From: Vicugna vicugna
Taxonomy: Eukaryota
Direction: 5' to 3'
Length of the DNA stretch: 64,000 nucleotides
NCBI GenBank assembly: GCA_013265495.1
Contig: MU058444.1
Span: 1,364,001-1,428,000, forward strand
Of the stretch, positions 26,556 through 38,999 are shown piece after piece. Below the pieces are notes generated by a model that did no database searches, was not told where the DNA came from, and saw only the letters and a list, made by a program, of their open reading frames with translations. The position numbers and the translations under genes were made by a program. Positions within the stretch are counted from its first letter, which is position 1, and each line of letters starts with the position of its first letter.

Positions 26556-28386
26556 CTGTCACACACAGGGATCTGCTCCAACTTCTCCCATGACTTTCTT
26601 CTCTCATCTTGATCGCCATGGGACCCAAGAGCATGCACATTTGTTATTGGTGATTTTCTTGCTTTTGAACATATATAATGTCATTTATCACTTGAGCCAC
26701 TCACAATGAATTTAGACAGAATCAAACCCCTCTTGACCCATAAAGACACCACCGAGAAAACACTTCTTCCAAAAAGCCAACTTGGGGATGTGATTTAGGA
26801 GAAAGTGGTAACTAAGGTTCATTCTTTGGAGAAAGGCCAACGCTTGGGCATCCCCTTTAATGAGGGACCAGGCAGACACCAAAGCACAACAGCATGAATG
26901 TGATACAGGAAGCAAAGACTGACAACTTGGGGAGAAGATCTTCTCTCATCTGGGCTCCTTCCTGCCTCCCAGCCAGTCTCTAAACTGCAGCTGGATAATC
27001 TTGATACGTAATCTTTTCTATGTAATATGTCTCCTCATTTGTTTTAAAATTCTTTGTTATGAGCCATAAATATTTGATCTGACAGAAAGTAAACAATGAA
27101 GATGAACAAACATCAATAGTTTTAGCCATTACTTTTAGTTTGGAGGAATTTAAATATTTATCAACAATTATCTAAATAATAAACTCCCCCCTCAAAGTGT
27201 TTAGATTCCAATTTCAGAGTTTTTATTATCAGCTTATGACTTTCCCCCAATCCTAACAATCATCATGAATAAAAACACACACCAGGTTTTTCTAATTTCT
27301 TACCCTTTCATGCATTGTTTTATGTAACGTCCATCAAAGCACAAGTTTTGTCTCCTGAAGTAATCTGTATTTCTCAAGGATCAGGATGGTTCATTTGAAG
27401 GAAATAAAGAATCAGCTTCATTTTCTTTTCACTGGCCTGTTTAAGAGACACTTGGACTTTCAGGGGCACAGAAGGAAAGTTTTAAGAACATGTTCAGGAT
27501 GTAAGAGGGAGACTGATCTTAAGAAAACCATCACATCCTGATCAACAAAGAAATTCTGGAAACTTGATCAGATTCCTGATTCAGAGACCATCTTAAAGAT
27601 GTGATGCTGTTTAAAACAGCTTTTATATTATTGTCCATGGTTAAACTCTCTCTCTCCAAGGCCGGTTTGTGTGCAATGAACTCTGGGAGCTAATCTGTCC
27701 GCACCTACGACGTCTTGCTTCCAACAGTCAAACCTCCTGGTAATTTTTAATGGCATCTCCTCAGGATTCTTGGCCACAAGAATTATGGCTACCACTTACT
27801 AATTTCTCTCTTTGTGCCAGAAACTATGCCATATTACTTGAAAATTCTCCTACTGATATCCATAAGAAGAACCAGATCATTATTTTTATTATTCCCAATT
27901 AAAAATGAAGAGACAGACTCCAGGACACTGTGCAGCATGTTAAGGACCCAGGACTTTATTCTCACCTTACCTAACCCTTAGTCGATTTCTCACAGACAAG
28001 AATGGAGATGGAGGCTTGTTAGGGAATCATCACAGCAGGAGTGACGGACAATCATTGCCGGTGGATTACATTCTCCTCCCCCTTTTTTTTTAAACCTTGT
28101 GTCAACGTACCATAAGACCCTTCTCAACAAATAATCTTCCAGGGAACCCTTTACCAATGTATGGGCACTGAGAGATTATTTGTATTGTGAGTTCTGTTGG
28201 TTATAGAGGTTAGCCATTGTTGGAACCATTATAAGCAACAGTGTAAAGAAGGTCTGGTGGGAGATGCATCTGGGCAAGAAAGAACAACAGAAAGAATTTT
28301 ACACGCATGTCAAATTCTCCTATGTTGGGAAAGGTACGTTCTGTCACCAGATTAGTTAGAATAGATTATTCTAAAATGTAACTCTG

Positions 28387-28612
28387 TGAACATTGGGCTT
28401 GTTGTCTTCTCAAATTATATTTTCCTTCCGGATATAAGCCCAGGAGATGGAAATGTGAGCTCTCTTGACTGTGGTGGTGGTTTCATGGGTGTAGACACCT
28501 ATCAAAATCCATCAAATTGTACATCTGAAATATGTGTAGTTTACTGTACAGAAGTTACACCACAATAAAATTGTTTAAAAAGTTTTAAAAATAATAAAAG
28601 CACATTTTTAAA
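28387..28612 (+). mobile_element. Chimeric L1 insertion with 14-bp TSD
   Basis: TSD aaaatgtaactctg at 28373-28386 and 28613-28626. About 60 bp of antisense L1 joined to a sense L1MB/MC-like 3' end with aataaa and an A-rich tail. Confidence 0.8.
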
Positions 28613-28789
28613 AAAATGTAACTCTGATAATGCCACCCTCCTCCCCTAAAATTATTCAATTACTCCTTATCTCCTAGAGAATAAAATTCTGACAAGGTCA
28701 TCTGACCTTTCATCCAGCAAAGCTAACTGAAGTGTAATGTATATATACATTTTTAAAAAATATTAATAAATTCAGCCATTTATTCTGCC

Positions 28790-29600
28790 ATTTCTACTAA
28801 AAAATTACATTAAAGATAGCCCCATCCTCAGCTACATTCATTTTCCTATCCCTTTGGGAATAACAATCTTTTTTGAATTTTGAATTTCTGTTTTATCATT
28901 CCCTTGCTAATCTTTAATGGACTTCCACATATATATGCCTACAAATATATCATTCAATTTTGTTTTATTTGGAGATTTATAAAATTTACATCATGCCATA
29001 TATAATGTTTTACAAGATACTTTATTTTTTCAATGTTATGTGTGTGAGATTTATCTATAGAGTTGTGCCTATTCATTTTCCCTGCTGTACAGTATGATTT
29101 ATTTGTCCATTTTCTGCAGATAAACATCTGTGTCGTGTCCAGGTTTTTAGTAATAACATACATATATTTATCTGTACGTTTATGATTTCTGCTGAGGTAA
29201 ACAGTTTTGTTATAAGCCTGCTTGTAGAGTTTCCTAGTTCAGATCTCCAGAAGTTTCCTTGGTGAATATTTAAGAATGGAATCATTAGACGGTAAAGTAT
29301 GTGAATATTCTTTACATGATTGAGCTGGATTGTTTTCAAAATTGTTTTACCAATTTATACTCCCATTAGCAGCGTTATGATCCACATTTGCTCCCACGGT
29401 CAATATTAAGATACTCTTTGATAAAAATGATTTGCCAGTCTGGTGTGAAATGTGATCTCACTGCAGTCTTTATTTGCCTTGTTATAAACGTTAGTGAGGG
29501 TGAACACTGTTTCACATAGTACTTGCCCGTAATTTTTTCCTTTTTGGGGAAATGCCTGTTCAAACATATACTTATTTTTCTATTGGATTGTTCCTATACC
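28790..29600 (-). mobile_element. Ancient L1 (L1MC/ME-like) 3' region
   Basis: ttgttttaccaatttatactcccattagcag and gtgaaatgtgatctcactgcagtctttatttgc. ORF 29375-29563 resembles degraded ORF2p. Confidence 0.75.
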
Positions 29601-31169
29601 TTTTCTCAGCCATCGTTTTAATTTTTTTCTCTCTTATCTTTAGAGTGCATCTCAGGTAAATTGAATAAGTGGGAACTCAGAACCTTCAACCAGGGCAACC
29701 ACTTTTCCTAGACTAGCAAGAATTACACATTTCAATTTACACAGCTTTCTGGACAAGCTTTTTCCTAATTTCAATTTCTTTTTCATGGATAATATTAGAG
29801 TTAACCGGTTTGGTATACTTATTTCAAAACAGATTAAGCATTTGTCTTTCTAATTTGATTGTCTGGTGCCCTCCACATCTTTGTGAGCGGACACTTACAA
29901 GGCAAAGTAAGAAAACAGACATCTTCAAACTGTTCATTCTAGTTAAACACGCAACAGACTTGTCTAAGCTCTTCTAAACCAACTCCCACCACATCATCCA
30001 GGACACAGCCCTCCCTGAGAGAAACGAGAAAGAAACCTTGAATAATAAAACAAATCAAACACAGAGCATATTTAAAAGACTTCTTCAGACTCTGGAGACA
30101 AAATCTGAAGCACTGATTTTTTTTTTTAAGCTAATAAAATTGAAAACAGAGCAACCAGCACAGAGTAAAGAAAGATATGAGAAAAAAATCCATATATTCT
30201 ATTTTTAGAATTAATATCAACACAAGATACGTGATTATGTGTAATGATAAATAAAACATCTTAACCCAATAATAATATTGTCCACCTACAGAATAATTAC
30301 ATTCATATTACATCTAGAAAAATTTTGGACTAATAGTCACATTGTTTCCTTGCAATATGAATTATTTTGGATTAATATATACAGTTCTCTAAAACAAACT
30401 TTCTTACTAAGTAGATCCTAATGCAGAAAAGGCTTCAATTTTCCAAATAGAAAATAGCTATATTTCTAGCTCAAAATAAAGATGCGTAAGTGAAAGACAT
30501 TTTAATAATATACAAAGGAGCTCACAGCCAAGAGGTTCAAGGCAGGACTGAACCTCGCCAGAGGTGAGGGAGAGCGATAATCAAAAACTCAACAGCACTT
30601 CTGTGGAAGGTTTTTCAAAGGCTTTTCTTGAAGAACCATTTTAATGTTCAGTAATGTTTTTAATGCCTCCTTTATGTCTCTCCTTTCATACGATCATTAA
30701 GGCTCTTCTTTCCCCCTCATTACATATATTGAATGGATAGAAAATAATGTGTTACTTTTTAATTTGTTTGTTATTAAGAACTCATATGCAGAAAGCATTT
30801 CTATCAATGACATTTTATATAAATGTTCCCAGATATCTGGCTTCATCTATCTTTTCGATCTCACTGCCATATTTACTTTCCCAAAGCTGCTTGGACTATT
30901 TTCCAGGTACAGCAAAAAAGGATGACAAAGTTATACAAGTATGGTTAGTAAATGAATATACTTCAATTTTATTTTCTGCACGACATAGGGAGAAGTTCCC
31001 TTGGCCCTTTCTCAGCAAACGGAGGGAACGTGATTTATAAAGCAGACAGGAGCAGAGCTGTGACTGTCTTCACATCGGTACCTGTTTCTCACAGGTAGAC
31101 CTTGGGCTGAAGAAGCGATGGGTCATAATGCAGGGCAAGGGGTCTCATTTACAGCATCTCCTTCCCGCC

Positions 31170-31880
31170 GCGGTGACTTCATTGACCACATGGCTTTAAA
31201 CACCATCGCCTGCTGGGATGACTTATGCATTTCTGTCTCTAGCCAGGACCTCTCCTGTCATCTCAGGACTCATGTTTCTAACCACTTTCTGGACATTTCA
31301 CTCAGAAGTTAACATGCCCCAGATCCAGCTCTCAAGTCCTTGGCGTGGAATCCCTCCTACGCTGGAGCTCAGTATATGGTCCCTCCCTTCCTTGCACTTA
31401 CTCGGGTCACCTTGATGGGCACCCTCTTAGCTCTTGCCTCACATCCCATTAGCAAATCCTAGGAGCTCTGTCTCCGGATTACTTCCAGATTCTAATTACT
31501 CCTCGTGGCTTCTACAGCTACCACACCAGTCCCCATCTCCATCCTTTCTGGGACCGAATGATTTCAGTATCCCCTCAACTGTCCTCTCTGCTTCTGCTTT
31601 TCTTGTCCTACCCAGCACTCTCCTTACAAGTCCTGGCTTCTTCTGCTCAAAACCTCCCAAGGGCTTTGCATCTCAGGGTAAAAATGCAAAGTCCTTACTG
31701 TGGCCCGGATGAGCATCCACGACCTGGCTACCAGCCTGAACTCAAGACCTTCCTGTCGCCCCACACACTCCGTGGCCACATTGGCCTCCCCGCTGTCCCT
31801 CCGAGATGCCAGCCTCACTTCTGCAGCTGTCTGGACCGCTCGTCCCGCAGGCACCTGCAGAAATCACTCCTTCCGTCTCT
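31170..31880 (+). mobile_element. L2 fragment
   Basis: catggctttaaacaccatc, ctagccaggacctctcc, ctgctcaaaacctcccaagggc, cagggtaaaaatgcaaagtcctta. Confidence 0.75.
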
Positions 31881-31983
31881 GGGTCCAGTTCCGTATCTCC
31901 CCGTGGGAACGAGGAAGCACTTCCTAGCTTATGGAGGCTTTTTTTCTCCCCTTCCTGCAACTGAGTGGTACTAAATCAACCCA

Positions 31984-32083
31984 GGGCCACAGTGCAATAG
32001 CTCAGTGGTAGAGCGTTTGCTTAGCATGCATGAGGTCCTGGGTTCAATCCCCAACACTGCCATTTAAGAAAGGAAAAAAAAAG
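31984..32083 (+). mobile_element. tRNA-Ala-derived SINE
   Basis: tagctcagtggtagagcg (A box), cttagcat (AGC loop), ggttcaatcc (B box), then an A-rich tail. Confidence 0.85.
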
Positions 32084-32147
32084 TTTTCTTTAAGGAAAAA
32101 ACAAAAATTTTTTTTTGAAAGGGAAAAATAAGTTTAAAAAGAATTAG

Positions 32148-34420
32148 AAGACCGCGTTCAAGATGGTGATGGGGAAAATCCTGACCTCACCTCCTCCCGC
32201 GGGGCACGCTGAATCTGCAGCGGTATAGGAACAATTTCCTCCGAAAAAGACCTAGAAACTGGTAGGGCGACCTCTTCACGGCCAGCGAACGAGAGGGAAA
32301 CCCCACGGGAGGGAGGAGGAGAGGCTGCCACAGCGTGTCCGTGAGCCCGCGCCGGCGCGGGGACCCGCGGAGGGAGGGCGGCTCAGGCCGGGCCGCCGGG
32401 AGCAAAGCGCCCTCCCCCCTGTCGCCCAAGGGGCTCCCACACGGAGACCCACGGCCTGTGGCGCGCTGAGAGCCGCCGCCTCCAGGCAGCGCAAGGCTTG
32501 CAGCCCAGGTCCCGCTGAGGCAGCCTTAGAAAACCGCCCAGACTTGATGCGAGAGGGACTGTTTGCTCATTTTAAAGCGCTGGCCTAGGGCAGGGCCTGC
32601 TGGGGACCTCCATCCTCCTGCCCTCCTCTGCCTGGCTCCGCCTGCAGAGTTCCTCTCTCTCGTTTTTCCTTTCTTCTTAAAATAAAAAAAAACTTTTTTC
32701 CCCTCTTTTCTTTGTCTTTCTTTTTCATTCTTTTTCTTCTTTTTACTGTCTTTTTTTTTCCCATTGGGGGCCACCTTCCCACGCTCCCCCCACCTACCAT
32801 CCCCACCCAGCTGCTGGATACCATCTCCACACCCTCCAGAGCACCAGTATCTCCCGTGCCTGGTAACCCAGTCTTTGCGTCTGGTGACCAGGTGTCTGGC
32901 TGCCACCCAGGGGATGCCCCTTGGCCGCCTGGCTTGGTGCCCAGGGGTTCTTGGGTTCCTGGGTCCCAGGGGACTGTGACAATCGAGAATTCATTCTTGG
33001 CCAGCTGCCACCCCAGACCACTGCCCAGACAGCAGCCTGAATCACAGCTCCAACCCCTCTGAACAAGCGCCCCATTTGCTTGTCCAGCAGCTTAGGCTGA
33101 GGCGCGGCTCCCAGTTCAGCACTTTGGGGGCCCCGGAGGTGCGCCCTGGGGAGGGACACCTGGCGCTGTCTCTGCGCTCCCCTTCTGCCTCGCTCCGGCT
33201 CATCCAGGAAGGAGCTCGTCTGCTGTCCTGGCTTCTGTGGCGGCTGCAGGGTCACCTCTACATCACCTGGCTCTGGTGGCCAGTAGTCTTAGACTTGCGG
33301 GTCCCATAGGACAGGAATCCACCTAGAAATCATACCCAAACAGCTACCACTCCCAGGGACAGCAAGAGGCCACTGACACAGGAGCTGTCTTTCCGTGAAG
33401 GAAACCTGTTCACTTATCACCGTAGCTACAGCCTGAGGGGCAGGCTTCCAGTGAAACACACCTCTGAGGGCTGACGGAAAACCCTTCCTGAGACTTGGAG
33501 GCTGGGTACCAGTTTCGCCTCTGCCGCGCTTCAGAGAGCTGGCATCGCTCGGGAGAGAGCCCTTATCCATGCCTGGTGCCCTTGTTCCTGCATCTGGTGC
33601 CCTGAGCTTAGCAGCTGCTGCCAGGAGACAGCTCTACATCACCCGGCTCTGGTGCCCCGGGGGCCCTGAGTTCCTGGGTCCCACGGGACTGTGACAGTCA
33701 GTGGGAGTTTGTGGCCAGCTGCCACGCCAGGGCAGCAGCCTGAAACGCACCTCCAGCCTGTCTGGGAAAGCCCTACTTCCTAGTCCTGGAGTTTACCCTG
33801 AGGGGTGGGATTCAGTTGAACACACATTTAGAGGTGACGGGAGCGCCTTCGTGGGACGTGGGCCAGGGGAGGCCAGCATTGCTCTCCATCTGCCCCGCTG
33901 TAGCTTACCCAGCTCGCCCAGAAAGGAGCTCAAATATCCATCTGGAGCCCTGACTTTTGCTGTTGTCGCCAGGGGACACCTCCAGATCGCCTGACCCTGG
34001 TGGCCAGCAAGGCTTATGCTTGTGGTCCTGCAGGACCGTGGGACCTGGGTCTGAGGGTCTGGTTGCCAATTGACCTGAATCATGGTGCCGAGGGAGATCC
34101 TCCCCTTGGGGACACTGGCTGGTCTTGGCACACCTTCGACTCCTGGGAGCGAGGAAAGTCAAATTTGAGGCTATTTGAACAATCCCAAAAGTTTGAGGGA
34201 CAGCCAACAGCCAGGGCAGGGCTGAACGGTGGGGCTCACCTTCTACACCAGGTCAGTCCCACAAGATCAGGAGAGGGGACTGTTCCACCAAGTGCATCGA
34301 AAGCAACACAGAAGATCAAGCAAAATGAAGAAACAGAGGAATAGGTTCCAAGCAAAAGAGCCAAATAAAACCTCAGGAAAAAACCTTAAGGAAAAGCAGA
34401 TTCGATTGCCCAAAAAGTGA
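32148..34420 (+). mobile_element. L1 5'UTR/promoter plus first codons of ORF1, 3'-truncated
   Basis: Starts ttcaagatgg...tcctgacctcacctcctccc (L1 5' end with YY1 core), then a GC/CpG-rich head and internal monomers. ORF1-like start MKKQRNRFQAKEPNKTSGKNLKEKQI near 34325. Confidence 0.8.
32150..32640. promoter_or_regulatory. CpG-island-like segment (L1 promoter head)
   Basis: Dense CpG and GC boxes (gcccgcgccggcgcggggacccgcggagggagggcggctc) in an AT-rich window. Activity not demonstrated. Confidence 0.6.
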
Positions 34421-35614
34421 AAGATATCTTGGGGACATTCATTTTAAAATGAGGACTATCGTCCCTTTTCTGTCTCAGTGTAACAGTATTCCTTTTATGT
34501 TCGTTGTTTACTGCCCATTCAAGTAATAGATGAAGCTAGTCATTGTCAAATCGTTTACGGAGCGCCAACTCTGAGACTATCTTTAATAATCATTTCAAGG
34601 CGTTAATAAGTGAATGAATATGGTTAATTTCTTCATCTTACATGTAGGAGTTGAAGATTCTTCCAAACAACTATCATAATTGGCCTCATGGGAGGCTTGT
34701 CTTCTAAGCACGAGTCTGCAGTGGCTTCTTAGAGGAACCAGCACACCTCGGTTGGTACATTTGGTGTTTTTGAAGGAAGCAGCAGATGAGAAGGGCTTTG
34801 ACAGGAAGCAGAATTGAGGGAAGGCCTTCCCCGGGAACGGAAAAATTATCGAGCCCCCAGGAGCCGTGTTAATGCATTGAGGATACAAAAAGTACCTAAG
34901 TTTATTTTGACTTAATAATGACCCTAGTTGGCTAGTGTGAGATGAGATTCGTTAGACCCATGATGTTCAATAGCCAAGATTTTCCAAATATTCTTCCTTT
35001 TTATCATAACATCTTTGGAGAAGTACTTGTTCTCTCAAAGTCTTTGCTTCCTTTCCCAAGAAGAACACCTTGGAGCAGCTTCGTGGCATCCATGTGTGTT
35101 GTTGACTACAATCTCGGGGACCATCATCTTAAAGACAAGTCGTTTTCAAATCACCAGTCTTAGTAACCTTAAGAAGAGAAGGACATTATAGGCCAAGATG
35201 AAACTATTTTTTGTTTATTAATTTTAAACAGGCAGTTTTAAAAACCATTCTAGAAGCTATTTCATGAGAAGGCATGCCAGAAATTGAATAGACAGCAACA
35301 GTGTGTCCTTATATTCAGAAGGAGGTAGCGACGTAGTTTCCCCAAAGGATGCACTATGTTCACTATTTACTTTCACATCTTAAAGGAGAAAGAAATAAAT
35401 CGTTATAATATGCTCATATATTCTTGTCACAGAAGCGCTTTGACTTAGCAACCTTACTTTTTGCAGTTGGTTGAAATGATCAGTTTTCATCTGTTTTCCG
35501 TACGTGCTGGAAAGTAAGTGTGTATTCGTCACTGTCCGCTACACGCTCATTGAGGAGTGTTTGTTAAGTGAGCATGTCTGCTCTGGCCTCAGGGATCTTT
35601 TCTTTCCCCCCTTT

Positions 35615-35728
35615 TCCTTTTTATTGCGGGGAAGGGGAGATAATAAGGTTTATTTATTCATTTAAATGGAGGTACTGGGGATTGAACCCAGGACCTCACG
35701 TCTGCTAAGCACACACTCAACCACGCCT
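35615..35728 (-). mobile_element. tRNA-Ala-derived camelid SINE
   Basis: ggaggtactggggattgaacccaggacctcacgtctgctaagcacacactcaaccac...gctacaccctcc. Confidence 0.9.
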
Positions 35729-35769
35729 AAGCTACACCCTCCTCCTCCTTTTTTTATTTTTCTTTTCTT

Positions 35770-37270
35770 AATTGTCCATTAGTCAGAGGTTCGCTAAAGC
35801 CTCTCACTGAAAAGATGTGCTTTTAATTTCTCCTTGTAATTCTATCAAATTTGACTTTATACAGTTCGAAAACATAGAATACCATGTCTTACTTATATGC
35901 TTAGAAATGACAATACTGCTTAAAATTTTATGAACGTGTTTTTAGCTTCATTTCCCTAGTAATGGCTTAATGTGATCAACCCAGTTTTGCCGGGGTGGCT
36001 ATTGCCTGAGATATATTTGTCTTCATTTTACTTTCAACCTTTCTGTGTTTTTAAGTCTTAGGTCTGCTGCTCCTGAATAGGATGTAGCTCGTTGCTGAAG
36101 TTATTTTATTTTATTTTTTAACATTTTTGTTGCTGAAGTTATTTTAAATCCAATCTGGTAATAGTGATCTTCTCAGTCCCTTTACAATAATTTTATACAA
36201 CAATGTTGACTTTAGTTCTATCATATTATTATATGCAATACTTCCCTTTTGCTACATTCCATTTTTATCCTTTTCTCCTTTTTTATCCTGTTGAATTGAT
36301 TGCATTGCACCACATTGCGATTATTCCCTCTCCTGTTTTAGAACAGAGGTCAGCAAACTACAGCCTGTGGCCCAAATCCCACCCACAACCTGTTTTTTAA
36401 ATAAAGTTTTATTGGAACAGACATCGTAGTGTACATGCCATTGACGTCTGCCTACAGCAGCAGAGGTCCGGAGTGGCAACTGAGACACAAAGCCTAACAC
36501 ATTTACTATTACATTTTTACAGAACAAGTTTGCCAACCCTGGTTCAAAACATACATAACATTTTGTCTTCTAGTTTAATCATCATCATCAAGAGAAATAC
36601 AAAACCTGTATTTCCAGCCATCCACCTTCCATAATACATCCTATACTTGTACTGTGTTTTACTATAGTTACCCCCATTTAATGCTGTTTAACTCTCCTGC
36701 TGTTTTAAACCACAATTATTAGACATGTTTATTTTCCTCTCCCCCCATGTTTGCCATGTATTTGCTCATCGTATTTGTATGCATTTCCTTTTGGGGGTAA
36801 CACTTGTTCTTCCTGAGGTAAAACCTTTAGCAGCGGCTTTGCCATTGATGGTAAATTCTCTCTCGTTTTTATTGGCCTGAGAATGTTTTTATTTTGCCCT
36901 AATGTTTAAAATAGTCTTGCTGGATACAGAATTCCAAATGGCAGCTGTTAGAGACAGATTACCGCGGTTCATCGTCTTCCAAGTTGAGAGGCCAGCTTTG
37001 ATCAAGAGGTTTGCCCCCAAATTATCCCCAATTCTCTGGAATATTGATTAAATGGAAGTTAGAACTTCCTTTCCTTTAAGTCCTTTCAGAATTTCCATCG
37101 CTTTATCTGTCTCAATGCTTCCTTCTGGGTAAGTCCTTCAGATCCGCCTTTCAGTTCACTATATTTCTCATGAGACACATCTAAGCCACTGGTTAACACA
37201 CCCCATAAAATGTAAATTAAGTATTATAATTTCCCTTCCCAGAAATTCTGTCGGTTCATTTAAGATGCTT
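35770..37270 (-). mobile_element. Ancient L1ME-like fragments interrupted by MER58A
   Basis: cattttactttcaacctttctgtgttttta, gaatgtttttattttgccct, ttgctggatacagaattc. Confidence 0.55.
36343..36541. mobile_element. MER58A (hAT-Charlie)
   Basis: TIRs cagaggtcagcaaact and agtttgccaaccctg, with internal aaataaagttttattggaaca. Confidence 0.9.
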
Positions 37271-38993
37271 TGTATTCACGTTTTTACTCTGTCTTATTTG
37301 AAACAATACTTATTTCTAAGTATGTGTGTATGTGTTTTATTTGAATAAATACACGTATTTGTAAGTGTGGGTATATAGGTGGGTTTTAATGATGAAAATA
37401 TAAAGGCACATGATCTGGCATCTTATTGGCCTTGTAGAAAATTATTGGCCAGGGAGAAAATTATTTTCCTAGTCTGGGCTTTTTCTATAAGTACCTTCAG
37501 GAAAATAACCACAGTCTAGTTTTGTTTGTTTGCTTTTTTAAGTTGGTTCTATTGTATTTCATCACGTAGTAGAAGCCACAATGGTCTGGGGAAGAAAAAC
37601 ACTGGCCACCCCCACCCTGGGTCATCAGCTTAGGTCCTGTTTCCAGGCTGCCCAGTCTGGAGGCTGTTTTTGCAGTGGGCCCTCTCCCATTTTCCTATGC
37701 ACAAGCCACAGAATTTGAGGCTGAAGTGTATCTACCCATCCTCTCCCCACTGCCTGGAGGCCAGCTGCTTCTGCAAAGCTGAAGCCTGAAGCTTTTTAAG
37801 CTAAAGCTGAGATGAAAAGGTTAAGGTGCATGTTTTGAAATTTCTGAAATTTCTTTGTAGCTTTTAAAGGCTGTATCTCGTGCCAGTTCTTCTGTCTCTG
37901 CAATACCCGCCTTTTCAAACAGCCTTTAACAAATGTCACAACAGATGTTGAAGCAATTTTTGCAGAAACTGCTTTTTTTATTTTTTAATTGCTAACTTTG
38001 GATATAGTGTCACTTTTCTGCCTAAATAAGAATAAATACTAGAATTGATTGCTACTTTTCCTGCTTTTTCCCAGGTTATGATCTTAACCAAACTTGATAA
38101 AATACAGATGTACAGGCGTATATACCTAGCAATATTCATGTATGCTTTATCAGCAAAGGCTTCTTCATTTCTAATTTTAAGAAGGTCCAGGCCAAAAAAA
38201 AAAAAAAACCCACAGAAAAGCAGGTAATCTGAGAGGGAGATTGGATGCTCCATGGAGCAGTTGACTGAATGGTTACAAGACAGTGACTTGTGTTCAGGAA
38301 TGAGGATTTCTCTTGCCTTGAATTGAGCTGCAGTATAAGCTAATTATTCAGTGTAAATGTCTCGCGAGCTGAAATCTGCCAGACTGCCTAGTAGCCAGCA
38401 GCCTCTGGCTCAGACTCAGTGATGGTGATTGTAGGGATGATAAAATGACAGTTCTCTACTTAAGAAAAAAAAAATAACTCTTTGGGATTTTCTTTCTTGC
38501 ATTTCCTCATTTCTTTATTCCAATGTAGATGATTTATTTTTGCCTCCATTTAAGCAATGTGAGCATTTGTCATTTATGTCCTTCTATTTTCAAAAAGGAT
38601 TAGGACCATTTTACAAAGCAAAGTATGTGTAAACCAGAAAAATTCAAACATGCAAACAAAAATATCAGTACACAAGTAGCTGGAAAGAGCTGAGTCATTT
38701 GGATCCTGTTAAAATAGGCCAGATTATTCTGATTTCAGATAATAATTTGAGATTATCAAAGGAATACTAAGAATTGACTATGATAGTTATTTGAGAATAA
38801 TGTAGCTGAGCATATGTGCATATGTGTATGCAGAGATACATCATCTGAGAAAATACTGATGCAGAATATCTTCCTTCTTAAATGAAAGAGAACAAGTAAT
38901 TTCTATTCCCAATTATTTTTTTGCTCTTTAAATACTGTCCTTTCTTTGAACAGATGAAGACAATCTGTAATTCATAGGCAGTTGCTTTGTTCA

Positions 38994-38999
38994 TTTAAT
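38994..38999 (-). terminator. Distal poly(A) signal candidate (ATTAAA)
   Basis: Variant hexamer about 1.77 kb after the stop, preceded on the minus strand by TGTA and U-rich sequence. Confidence 0.45.

Noticed and set aside
31984..32063. tRNA-Ala(AGC)-like sequence, also at about 6150, 35660, 63490 and 63661
   Set aside because: Acceptor stems do not pair in register, and the copies have SINE tails and often TSDs. These are SINEs, not tRNA genes.
32187..34344. Cluster of GC-rich ORFs suggesting a gene with a CpG-island first exon
   Set aside because: Explained by the L1 5'UTR, where high GC lowers stop frequency. Only the short ORF1-like start is meaningful.
38246..38259. Perfect 14-bp palindrome TGCTCCATGGAGCA
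   Set aside because: A few palindromes of this size are expected by chance in 64 kb.
1..38900. Hidden protein-coding gene or novel multi-gene system
   Set aside because: No spliceable coding exons or recognisable non-transposon domains were seen. A lncRNA cannot be excluded without RNA data.
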